From contig BTWA01000009.1 in NCBI GenBank assembly GCA_045863295.1, positions 127,106 to 191,105 of the forward strand: 64,000 nucleotides of DNA, in the 5' to 3' direction. Under the pieces are notes generated by a model. The model was not told the DNA's origin, made no database searches, and was given only the letters and a program-made list of their open reading frames with translations. Of this stretch, positions 20,419 to 29,490 are shown one piece after another (within the stretch, counting starts at the first letter, position 1; the number at the start of each line of letters is the position of its first letter). The translations under genes and the position numbers were made by a program. This DNA is from Candidatus Hydrogenedentota bacterium. Its GTDB lineage: Bacteria; Hydrogenedentota; Hydrogenedentia; Hydrogenedentales; SLHB01.

Positions 20419-20534
20419 TCCCGAATCTCCCCCGCTTCGATTGAACATCAACGTTGGAAGATATCACACCGGTTGGGGATATCTCGACGCAGGCGAACAA
20501 GCGCGACGGTGTGGAGCTGATGAGAGGTGATCGC

Positions 20535-20569
20535 AAAAGAAGGGGACCGGACCCGTGGGTCCGGTCCCT
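20535..20569 (-). terminator. Intrinsic terminator
   Basis: AGGGACCGGACCC-AC-GGGTCCGGTCCCCT hairpin followed by TCTTTT on the minus strand. Confidence 0.8.
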
Positions 20570-20684
20570 AATATCTGAACTCGCGCCGGGGAACACGGTC
20601 ACCCGACCGCAAGTTGTTTTAGAGACCCCGGAATTGCTTCCGAGGCCTCCGCGGAAGGAGAAACGCCACATGTGGCGCTGACCA
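20535..20684 (-). ncRNA. Putative structured sRNA or cis-regulatory leader (unassigned family)
   Basis: Sigma70-like promoter upstream, three hairpins (one GCAA-capped), then an intrinsic terminator. Confidence 0.55.
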
Positions 20685-20689
20685 ACTAG

Positions 20690-20718
20690 ATTGTAACACG
20701 CTTGTCAATAGAACGCAA
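20690..20718 (-). promoter_or_regulatory. Sigma70-type promoter with extended -10
   Basis: TTGCGT-17 bp-TACAAT with TG at the extended -10 position and an A-rich upstream tract. Confidence 0.6.
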
Positions 20719-20747
20719 ACATCCTATTTGTGTTTATTTACAACTCC

Positions 20748-22229
20748 TTATGTAGCTTCGAGAAGTGTTTTTTTAACGGCATTTTGCCAACCGTTTACCG
20801 CCTTTTCGCGTTGTTCATTGTTCCATATTGGCTCAAAAACGCGATCCGGTTTCCATACGGATCGGAGCACGTCCTGGCTTTGCCAGACCCCCACGGCAAG
20901 GCCCGCAAGGAAGGCGGCCCCCTGTGCGGTGCTTTCAATGGTTACGCCACGGTGGACGGGACACCCAAGTATATCGGCCTGATGCTGCATCAGTAGGTTA
21001 TTAGTGCATGCGCCGCCGTCTACCTTCAGTTTAGGTATGGTGTGCCCCAAGTCTTTCTCCATGCAACGTGCCACGTCGGCGGATTGAAACGAGATGGATT
21101 CCAGAGCGGCCCGCACCATATGGGCTCGGCTTGAGCCTCGCGTGAGGCCAGCAATTACACCTCGCGCGTTCATGTTCCAGTGGGGCGCGCCAAGTCCGAC
21201 AAATGCGGGCACGACGTAGACGCCGCCGGTGTTTTCAACTTGTGACGCAACGGCTTCGCTTTCCGCGGCTGTAGCAATGAGGCCGAGTTCGTCGCGAAGC
21301 CACTGAATGACGGCTCCGCCGATGAACACGCTGCCTTCGAGGGCGTAGGTCGTATTTCCGCCGATTCCCCAGGCAATCGTCGTCAGTAGTCCGTGTTTGG
21401 AAGAAACGGCTATCTTGCCGGTATTCATCAGGAGAAAGCACCCTGTCCCATAGGTGTTTTTGCACTCGCCTTCGTCGAATCCGGCTTGCCCGAACAAGGC
21501 ACTCTGCTGATCGCCGCAAAGGGCGGCCACCGGAATTCCTCCACCCAACGCGTGGGTGACGCCGTATACGGTGCTCGATTCACCCACTTCGGGCAGGATT
21601 TCGTGGGGTACTTGCAGTGCTTTCAGGAGTACATCGTCCCATTGAAGTGTGTGGATATTATACAGCAGGGTCCGCGATGCGTTTGAGCAATCGGTGGCGT
21701 GTTTGCCAGTGAGATTGAAAAGAAGCCACGAGTCGATCGTGCCGAAGCAGAGTTCGCCGCGCTGTGCCCGTTTGCGCGCACCGGGTACGTGATCGAGAAT
21801 CCACTTCACCTTAGTACCGGAGAAGTAGGCATCCATGACGAGTCCGGTCCGATCGGAAAACTCGGCGGTAAGCCCCTCCGCGGAAATCTGCTCGCAGATA
21901 GGCGCGGTGCGCCGGCATTGCCACACGATGGCATTGTATATGGGCTTGCCCGTGGTTCGATCCCAGATCACGGTAGTTTCGCGTTGGTTCGTAATGCCAA
22001 TCGCGGCTACATCGGATGCCGTCGCGCCCGCTTTTTTCAGGGCTGCCTTTGCTGTTTCCAGTTGCGAAGACCAGATTTCCTCCGGGTCATGCTCCACCCA
22101 GCCGGGCAACGGATAGATTTGCGCGAATTCCTTGTTGACCGAGGCTCGTATTTTGCCTTCGTCGTCGAACACGATGGATCTCGAACTGGCCGTGCCCTGA
22201 TCCAACGCCAGTATCAGACGCTTACTCAC
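20748..22229 (-). CDS. glpK: Glycerol kinase
   Basis: LDQGT, GITNQRET, WQCRRT, YFSGTK, GDQQSALFG, KNTYGTG, ALEGS. Confidence 0.97.
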   Translation of the reverse strand: MSKRLILALDQGTASSRSIVFDDEGKIRASVNKEFAQIYPLPGWVEHDPEEIWSSQLETAKAALKKAGATASDVAAIGITNQRETTVIWDRTTGKPIYNAIVWQCRRTAPICEQISAEGLTAEFSDRTGLVMDAYFSGTKVKWILDHVPGARKRAQRGELCFGTIDSWLLFNLTGKHATDCSNASRTLLYNIHTLQWDDVLLKALQVPHEILPEVGESSTVYGVTHALGGGIPVAALCGDQQSALFGQAGFDEGECKNTYGTGCFLLMNTGKIAVSSKHGLLTTIAWGIGGNTTYALEGSVFIGGAVIQWLRDELGLIATAAESEAVASQVENTGGVYVVPAFVGLGAPHWNMNARGVIAGLTRGSSRAHMVRAALESISFQSADVARCMEKDLGHTIPKLKVDGGACTNNLLMQHQADILGCPVHRGVTIESTAQGAAFLAGLAVGVWQSQDVLRSVWKPDRVFEPIWNNEQREKAVNGWQNAVKKTLLEAT

Positions 22230-22328
22230 CCGATCGCTCCTCCCTCAGTGGATGCCGGCAATTGTAACGGATGAGAAGTCACAGGCAAAGGCAATGTGCC
22301 CGTACCACTCCCTCGCGAATTGCAGATG

Positions 22329-25300
22329 TCACGGTAAGTCGAGGTTTTTGGTTTTTCGCAATTGCATGCCGCCAAACACCAACGAAACGGCGGCTAACAC
22401 GAGAACGATCACACCACCGATTGCGGCGGGCATGCGTGCACCGGAAAGGTCGGGGGCAGGAATCGTGTCGTCCTGCCGCCTGCCCCACTGCAGAGTGGCG
22501 CTGTGAAAGAGGGCGATGGCGGGTTCGCTTGGCGAGTGACTGGCCGTCAAGGCAGTGCCCACGGGGTCGAGCAAACCCACAACCTGTTCCACCGGGTGCC
22601 ATCCGGCATGCGGACCGTCAGCAATGTACGCGTAGAGGCACAGCGTGCTCATGTCTTCTTCATTAGGCTGGTGGAGATTGGCAAGTATTGATACTGTAGC
22701 GGGTCCGCGAATCTCCGCAACGAAAGGTTCGCCGATCGCGCCGACAAGTACCGGTACATTCATTGCCTCCGAAACGTCGATTACTTCGAATGTAACCGCG
22801 ATCGACCTCACGAGTTCACCGTCGATTGTCCGTGCCGTTGCCCAAAGACGGATCGACTCGCCTTCCGCCCAATTCGACTTAGGAGTCACTGTAACCCATG
22901 CGTCGTTGCCCGCGGATAGCGGGACTTCCATCCACTTCACCTCGTATGGTGAATTCATGCTGACGTCAACGGACATTTGGACACTCTGCGTATCTAACGG
23001 CGTATCTGCGCGCAGGCGCACGGCCAGAGCGTCATCGGGCAATGCAGCGCGCACACCCGGAGCAATGGACCCTATTGGAAGCGCGACTTCGAATGCACGC
23101 GCGTCCAGACCCTTGGTTCCCGTGCCGCGGTGGCCGCTGTCGGGGTTGCTCCAATCGCTAACGGTGCTGCCCGCACCCAGTGCTTGAACCCAGTACACGT
23201 GCGAGTTGACCTCGAATTCGGTGGAGGGCGATCCGCCACATCCGCTCGCGGGGATGGTGATCTCGGTTGGCGCGGCAGCGGAAAAGTCATCGTGCTGCGT
23301 ACTCGCGACATCGGCCAACATCTGTGCCGCACCAGGATTGGCTAGGTTGGCGCGGTACACGCGGTATGCCGTTGCATTCGCTACGGCACTCCAGGTTACG
23401 CGCACCTTATCGGTAAAAGTGCCATCGCTGGCTTGCAGGTTTTGCGGTTTGTCCAAGGTCGCGCGGATGTAATCCCCTGCGGTGTTGGCTTTGTTTCCGC
23501 CCCCCACGGTTACGCGTTGCGGCAACGGGGTCACCCAGCCGGGAACTTGCGAGAATGACACAATGTAATCTTGAGGCTTTAGACCAGTGACTTCCACGCC
23601 GCTGTTGTTCCAAGCGCCGTCTTCAATGCGCCATTGCGCGCCCGCGGTCACGGCATCAGCCGGAGTGAGGGCGCATTGGATTGACCCCGGCCGCTGATAC
23701 AGCCCGCTGCGTTCGAGAACCTGCTCAGGCGCAAGGGTGATATTAATCGTATCCGGTGTGAACCATCCGGCTACGGTTTTAAACTGAATCTGGTGGGCTC
23801 CTTGCGGCACGTTCTCCAGTGTCACGCCCGAGCTTTGCCACAGCCCGCTGTCCAAGCGCCATTGCGCGCCCGCGTTGACGCAGTCCTGCGGGCCCAACGT
23901 TACTTTCACCTTGCCTACGTTGGATACCAGGGGAACTGTCTCTTGCTTGCTCTGGCCGGCCGCGAGGATCACGGGACCAGAATACGTTTGGAAATGCGGG
24001 GCCTGCACGGTGAGGGTGTAGCTTTGCCCTTCGAGACTAACCTCCCATGGTCCTCCGGGCGGCACGGCAATGTTGTTGTACGTGCTGTTGACATCGCCAT
24101 TGCCGGGAACCAGGTTGAGCGTCGCGCCGGGAACATATGCACCGTTGTACTGCACGTGCACTTTGAGATTGGAGTTCAACGTGGGCGCGGCTTCCCGCCA
24201 TACGCGTAACGAGTATCCCGTGTCGTCTCCGTATCCATCGCCCGCGCCTTTGGTGGAATAATAGACCTGCACGAGGTACCGGCCGTCCGCAGGCACAACG
24301 AAAGAGACGTAGGAAGAAAAGTCACCCAGACCCGCGTCGTCGTTGGAGGCGATGGGAGACTTCACGCTGACGGGTCCGAACACATCGATCTGGGTGTCGC
24401 ATCCCAGCCCGAGGTTTGACGTTTCAACCGTCACGATGGCCCCTGCGACCTCCTCAAACACGACGCAATCCACATCACCCTGGACGTGAAATGTGTGCCG
24501 TTGATCGGGGAAGCCGTTCACGGTGATCGGCTTGGCCAGTTCAAGGGTATCGTCCGCTTCGTACTCGTCGGGCGGCGTGCCTTCCGGAAAGGGCTTGTGC
24601 ACAACGGTCTTCGCGGGTGCCGAGGTGTTGTCGCGCAAGTCAACCGCCGTCACTGTAACGGCGTAGGTACCAAATGCGTCGAAGATATCAATGGCTGCTT
24701 CGTAGCGGCCCTGGGCAACCGAGAGCAACTCGATTTCCACCTGCGTCAGACCGTCGGGCTTGGTTATGAGACATACCACTTCCTTCAATGAAAGCAGTGC
24801 GCTAATCTCCACCCAGATGGTGGCTTGGATCTCTTCGGGAGTTAATGTCTGAGCGCTTGATATGGCGCCGATAAGCGGTTCATCTCCCGACAATTCAATG
24901 CCGGTGCCGATGCTGTATTGCTGCGCGAGCGCTCCATCGATCTTCGTGCTGAATACGCCGTCGCCGTTGTCGTCGAGTTCAGCCCGTTGTTGGGCAGCCG
25001 AGTTCATGGCCTTGGCGGCCGTGGAAAACGCTTCTCCTACCGTCGCGCCGAGTGCCGTTTCCACCCAGAAGTAGCGGCTGAACGAGACGACGCCGTTGTT
25101 TGCAAAGGTGGCCGGTTGGCCGGAACCCGCCGAACCGACCAGGATTCGTTTCTGGCCCGCGGTGGGCCGAAGTCCCGAGATAACGCTACCCGATCCCGAT
25201 GCATCGCACGCAACCGTGACAATGCCGGGTATGTCCTGGTGGAGCGCGTCGAGCCACCCGTCCAACACAGGCCAGGCGAGGAACTCGGCATCGCCGAGGT

Positions 25301-28300
25301 GAAACCCGTTGGTGGATCCTTGACCAACGAGACACAGCGTGAAATCGCGGGTGCTGGCCGAGGCCCACGTGTCGAGGGCGTCTTCCACACTCGCCAGCGT
25401 GGCGATACCGTCCACATCCGCCGTGATGGTCTGGCTCAGATAGCGAATGTCTTCCGGCGCATACCCCTGTATCTTCAACGAACGGTACACCCACGCCGCA
25501 AGCCATTCGTACGCGGGCCATTCGGGCGATGCATCGCTGCCCCCGGCCACGATGAGCACCTTGCGCGTCGGCGGCGCGCCGACGGTAACGGTGGTTTGGT
25601 AGGGCCCGGCGATCTGCCCTGCGCGGTTCGAAGCATATATATCCACTGTGTAGTCGCCCGGCGTGACAAAGTCTAGATAGGTGCCTTCCCATCGTCCGGT
25701 ACCATCGGGCAGCAATTCCACAGTAGCCAGTTCCGTCACCGCAATGGTCGACGATTGCTGCTCATAAGTTGGCGGCGTGATGACCGCCCATACACGGTTG
25801 ATGCCGGAATCGTCGGTGAAGTCGGCCCAGATAACGCCGTCATTCACACCGCTGATCGTTCCGTCGCCGCCCACCGTATCGATCACGGGATCCGTAATGC
25901 CCTGCGGTACGCCGCTGCCTAGAAATGCGCTCTGCAATGCTGTCAAATCGCCGGGTTCGTTCGGCGTGCCGTTGCCGTCCGCGTCGAGTTGCGCTTTCTG
26001 AAATGATATCTCGACGGCATCCCGCGCGCGGGAAAACGCGGGTCCCAACGGATCACCGTTTAGAATCTGCATCCAAAAATGATTCGAAAAGGATAGGGCG
26101 CCGCCACTTACAAAATAGGCCTGTTCGCCTGGAGTGGTGCTGGTCATAATCACACGGCCCGAATTGGCCAAATTCTGCAGCAAAGAACCTGACTCGCACG
26201 CGTCGTAGACCAGGTAAATCTTTCCGCTTATCTGCGATTGGAGTGCCGAGAGCCACGCCACGAGGTCTGTGTCAAAAAGGAGTTCATTCTCGTTAATACG
26301 GAACTTGTCCACACCACCATGATCGACCATGTACACGACCACATCATCTATCGGATCCGAAGTAGGGGACTGTCCCGCCCAAACCGTGAGCGCTTCCTGA
26401 ATATTGGCCCGCGTAGCTTCGGCGTCAACGTTGACCCCGTTGGCATCGGGCGAAAGTAGCCGTATGCTGTCGTGCGTGAATCCCCGATATAGCAACGCTT
26501 CGTGAGCGATGCGGGCGGTAGCAACGGTTGCATCCCATAGCCGGTTGCCTGCATAGGGTCCGCCGCCGGCGACAATTACCGCCTTGTTGTTAGCCACGGC
26601 CGCGACCGGTGAAAACTCTTGAACGCGTGCGGCTTCGGTATCCAGTACATACACGTGGCCAATGGCATCCACAATAACATCGCGTGGAAAGGAGAATTGT
26701 CCTGGATCAGTGCCGGTTTCTCCGATAGTCGTTATCAAAGTTCCGTCGGGAGCGTATTTGTAAAGTTTGTCCTCTCCGGTTCCCGTAATATAGAGATTCC
26801 CTGCGGCGTCCACGTCCATTCCCCGATAGCTGGCTCCGGTGTGAGGCGTAAACACGACACCTGAATCCACCCAGGCTGTACCGTCCCAGAGAAACTCTGC
26901 AATCGTGTCTGTGGAACCTATGTAGGCGATAGAGCCTGTGGGAGAGAGACCTATTGTCCTTGCAGTACCCGATGGTAAGGTCATTACCGGCGTCCCACTG
27001 ATGCTGCCGGATGAACCGTTGATGATATATACGCCGCCCGAGCCAACAAAATATACATCCCCGTTTGGATGCATCGCCCAGTCACGAGCGTCAACGGTGG
27101 GAATTGCTTCGAACTGTTCAACACCAGCCATATTGTACTTGGTCACGACTCCGCCACTCAGTCGGGGCAGAATCTCGGCGACGAAGACATTGCCCGCCGC
27201 GTCTACAAGGCACGCATCAGGTTCGCGATCTTCGAACGGATCTTCAGCGAACTCAGGGTATTGCTTCCATACCGAGAGGAACTGACCGGTGGGTGAGTAT
27301 TTGTTTATTCGCCGGTTGAGGTAGTCGGCAACAAAAAAATTCCCCGATGCATCTCTGGAGAATCCCCACGGAGCGGTAAGGTAACCGGGTGCAGAAGAAG
27401 CACTGCCGATGCTGCCTGTCAACAGCCCGTTCCGCGTAAACTTGCGAATGGAACTTGCCCCTTGGTCGACCAAGTAAACGTAGCCTCTCTTGTCGGCGGC
27501 TAATCCGAATATTTCGCCCGTGCCACCGGGGAGCGGGTAGTTCATGATCACTAATACATCATCTGCTGGCTGCGTCCACCGTACAATGTCACCATAATCG
27601 TTGCCCGCGTAAACTGTACCGCCTGGCCCCACGGCCATATATCCGGTAGGATTGCCATACGAAACTCCTCCCGGTCCAGTCCAATCAAAATGAAATGGAA
27701 GTGCTTCACCCGAGGGCGAGTATTTGCTAGTGCCGTCGATGAAGAGATAGCCGTCCTCGTCGATAACCATATCCTTGTGTGCAATCACATTGGGAAGATG
27801 TCCCAGGTATCCACTCTCCAGATCAAACAAGTATGTTCCGGTGGCTGACCCCACATAGATCAATCCAGATTTGGCCACAGAGATGCACGTCGGCAAGAAT
27901 GCTGGAGTGGTGCTGTCGGAGCCGTCGGTGAGTATGGCGCCAAGCTGTTCGCCCTTTTGATTGCACGCCCCCACGGCTGGAAACGGCGTTGTGGGGTTTG
28001 TTCCGTAGATCATAAAAAAGTTGCCGCGCGTGTCGAGCGCAAGATCTATTACTTTAAATCCCGCCGAACCAGGGACACCCGGCTGTCCCAACGCATCATC
28101 GAAAGGTGCGGTGACATACGTCGAACCAAGATACCGGCCATTTTCGTTAAACTTTACAATCCAATAATTGTCGGAGACGTAAAGATTGCCCAAGTCATCC
28201 ACTTGCACCGAAACCGGACTGGAGAAGCCGTACGACACATTACTGGAGGGCCACAGACGTTCGAACCGGTAATCGTCAGCATTGGCCCGACCGCTGCTCG

Positions 28301-28364
28301 ATAGCAAAACAAACGCCGTCCCCAGTAAGCACAAGCGCACATCCAGCCTGCAACCGCACCCCAT
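22329..28364 (-). CDS. ~2000-aa surface protein: signal peptide, NHL propellers, two C13/caspase-fold domains, PPC/PEGA/FN3-like domains, C-terminal TM anchor
   Basis: NHL repeats (GQFSFPRDVIVDAIGHVYVLD); VYMVDHGG...YDACESG dyad; GAQWR repeats; PQNLQASDGTFTDKVRVTW; hydrophobic C-terminus then RKTK. Start placed at MGCGCRL by signal-peptide character. Confidence 0.8.
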   Translation of the reverse strand: MGCGCRLDVRLCLLGTAFVLLSSSGRANADDYRFERLWPSSNVSYGFSSPVSVQVDDLGNLYVSDNYWIVKFNENGRYLGSTYVTAPFDDALGQPGVPGSAGFKVIDLALDTRGNFFMIYGTNPTTPFPAVGACNQKGEQLGAILTDGSDSTTPAFLPTCISVAKSGLIYVGSATGTYLFDLESGYLGHLPNVIAHKDMVIDEDGYLFIDGTSKYSPSGEALPFHFDWTGPGGVSYGNPTGYMAVGPGGTVYAGNDYGDIVRWTQPADDVLVIMNYPLPGGTGEIFGLAADKRGYVYLVDQGASSIRKFTRNGLLTGSIGSASSAPGYLTAPWGFSRDASGNFFVADYLNRRINKYSPTGQFLSVWKQYPEFAEDPFEDREPDACLVDAAGNVFVAEILPRLSGGVVTKYNMAGVEQFEAIPTVDARDWAMHPNGDVYFVGSGGVYIINGSSGSISGTPVMTLPSGTARTIGLSPTGSIAYIGSTDTIAEFLWDGTAWVDSGVVFTPHTGASYRGMDVDAAGNLYITGTGEDKLYKYAPDGTLITTIGETGTDPGQFSFPRDVIVDAIGHVYVLDTEAARVQEFSPVAAVANNKAVIVAGGGPYAGNRLWDATVATARIAHEALLYRGFTHDSIRLLSPDANGVNVDAEATRANIQEALTVWAGQSPTSDPIDDVVVYMVDHGGVDKFRINENELLFDTDLVAWLSALQSQISGKIYLVYDACESGSLLQNLANSGRVIMTSTTPGEQAYFVSGGALSFSNHFWMQILNGDPLGPAFSRARDAVEISFQKAQLDADGNGTPNEPGDLTALQSAFLGSGVPQGITDPVIDTVGGDGTISGVNDGVIWADFTDDSGINRVWAVITPPTYEQQSSTIAVTELATVELLPDGTGRWEGTYLDFVTPGDYTVDIYASNRAGQIAGPYQTTVTVGAPPTRKVLIVAGGSDASPEWPAYEWLAAWVYRSLKIQGYAPEDIRYLSQTITADVDGIATLASVEDALDTWASASTRDFTLCLVGQGSTNGFHLGDAEFLAWPVLDGWLDALHQDIPGIVTVACDASGSGSVISGLRPTAGQKRILVGSAGSGQPATFANNGVVSFSRYFWVETALGATVGEAFSTAAKAMNSAAQQRAELDDNGDGVFSTKIDGALAQQYSIGTGIELSGDEPLIGAISSAQTLTPEEIQATIWVEISALLSLKEVVCLITKPDGLTQVEIELLSVAQGRYEAAIDIFDAFGTYAVTVTAVDLRDNTSAPAKTVVHKPFPEGTPPDEYEADDTLELAKPITVNGFPDQRHTFHVQGDVDCVVFEEVAGAIVTVETSNLGLGCDTQIDVFGPVSVKSPIASNDDAGLGDFSSYVSFVVPADGRYLVQVYYSTKGAGDGYGDDTGYSLRVWREAAPTLNSNLKVHVQYNGAYVPGATLNLVPGNGDVNSTYNNIAVPPGGPWEVSLEGQSYTLTVQAPHFQTYSGPVILAAGQSKQETVPLVSNVGKVKVTLGPQDCVNAGAQWRLDSGLWQSSGVTLENVPQGAHQIQFKTVAGWFTPDTINITLAPEQVLERSGLYQRPGSIQCALTPADAVTAGAQWRIEDGAWNNSGVEVTGLKPQDYIVSFSQVPGWVTPLPQRVTVGGGNKANTAGDYIRATLDKPQNLQASDGTFTDKVRVTWSAVANATAYRVYRANLANPGAAQMLADVASTQHDDFSAAAPTEITIPASGCGGSPSTEFEVNSHVYWVQALGAGSTVSDWSNPDSGHRGTGTKGLDARAFEVALPIGSIAPGVRAALPDDALAVRLRADTPLDTQSVQMSVDVSMNSPYEVKWMEVPLSAGNDAWVTVTPKSNWAEGESIRLWATARTIDGELVRSIAVTFEVIDVSEAMNVPVLVGAIGEPFVAEIRGPATVSILANLHQPNEEDMSTLCLYAYIADGPHAGWHPVEQVVGLLDPVGTALTASHSPSEPAIALFHSATLQWGRRQDDTIPAPDLSGARMPAAIGGVIVLVLAAVSLVFGGMQLRKTKNLDLP

Positions 28365-28674
28365 AACCCAAACCCTTCCACCCACGACGCGCCGCTGAAA
28401 CCCCGGTTTGAAATACATGCCCCGTCCCGGAAGAAACGGAGCCGATTCAGATAGTATTACGCCATATTGGGATAGTTGCTTCCAACCTCTATAGTATACA
28501 CCATGTGGGTCGGCATGTAAGCGTAAGTCACTTCCTTTTGCGGCATGAGCTTTTGATACGCTTTTTTTCGCGGGGCTCGTGTCGACAAGTGTGAATCTTC
28601 CATGCATTTGAATAGGACCGGGGAAGATCGGGAAACCGTGATGTGCAGGGTGTTGGCAGTCGCAACGCTTATTT

Positions 28675-28706
28675 AAAAAACAAGCGCCTCCACGGCGGAG
28701 GCGCTT
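28675..28706 (-). terminator. Intrinsic terminator
   Basis: AAGCGCCTCC-GCCGT-GGAGGCGCTT then GTTTTTT on the minus strand. Confidence 0.85.
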
Positions 28707-28835
28707 TGTATGCAAATTAATGGGGAAAGCAGCGTAGCAATCTCTACCTCTGTCGACACAGCCCGATAAAATGTCATCGGGGAGGAGTCCATGCGGGACT
28801 ATCGCTTAGGCAGCCCTCGCTGCGCTGCTTCCTCT
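28675..28835 (-). ncRNA. Putative structured ncRNA or leader (unassigned family)
   Basis: Promoter upstream; 5' GGAAGCAGCGCAGCGA pairs with TTGCTACGCTGCTTTC enclosing small hairpins; terminator follows. Confidence 0.55.
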
Positions 28836-28841
28836 GTCTGT

Positions 28842-28869
28842 ATTATACCGCAGATCGGCATTTTTGCAA
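28842..28869 (-). promoter_or_regulatory. Sigma70-type promoter
   Basis: TTGCAA-16 bp-TATAAT. Confidence 0.65.
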
Positions 28870-28961
28870 CTGTTTTTTGAAGACCTGCGGCATGGCGCGG
28901 AGCGTTCCAAATGGGGTACGATGGGCGCTTCGTATGATAACCCACAATAGGACGTTCAGGC

Positions 28962-29465
28962 ATGGGTGACCGGTTTCTAGAGCAATACGGTGGACAGTCG
29001 ACGGACCAGCTCATCGCCATGGAAAATGAGTACCGGATCGACTCCTTGGTGCTGGCGTTCGAGCAGGCAATCGATCAGAAGGCGTATGACCACGGCATGG
29101 ATGCGCTTTCCGATGAGGAGGCAGTCGTGCTGGCGATCGAAGCGCTGGAGCGCGAAGTGAACAACGGGGGCTACATGCTGTTTTTTACCAATAGTTCAGT
29201 TGAATACGCCCCGATGATTCTGCACGCGCTGGGCCGAATCGACTGTCCGTACACGCAGTCGGTGACCGAACGCGCTATTGAGGCGTTGGCAATCGACGGC
29301 CCCTTAACGGTTGAAAACATCGAGGAAGTAATTGCTGAAAGCGATCCTGATGTAAGGGACGAGTTGGCGAAATGCGATGATTTGTATTTTCAGGGGCAAG
29401 AGGATATCGCGGGCCGCCTGTTTGAGTTCATTCGCAACAACCGCTCCGGCATACGGATTCCGTGA
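28962..29465 (+). CDS. DMP19/DUF4375-family acidic protein
   Basis: LEREVNNGGYMLFFTNSS...ALGRI...DDLYF. Confidence 0.8.
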   Translation: MGDRFLEQYGGQSTDQLIAMENEYRIDSLVLAFEQAIDQKAYDHGMDALSDEEAVVLAIEALEREVNNGGYMLFFTNSSVEYAPMILHALGRIDCPYTQSVTERAIEALAIDGPLTVENIEEVIAESDPDVRDELAKCDDLYFQGQEDIAGRLFEFIRNNRSGIRIP

Positions 29466-29490
29466 CCGGGCGCACCGAGGGAGACGCACC

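Noticed and set aside
28365..28715. 117-aa N-terminal extension of the 2128-aa ORF
   Set aside because: It overlaps a terminator and looks non-coding; a signal peptide begins at ATG 28364.
28824..28833. GGAAGCAGC as SRP (4.5S) RNA, or the CCA-ended stem as a tRNA/selC
   Set aside because: The SRP CAGG-GNRA context and tRNA D/T loops are absent; kept only as an unassigned RNA.
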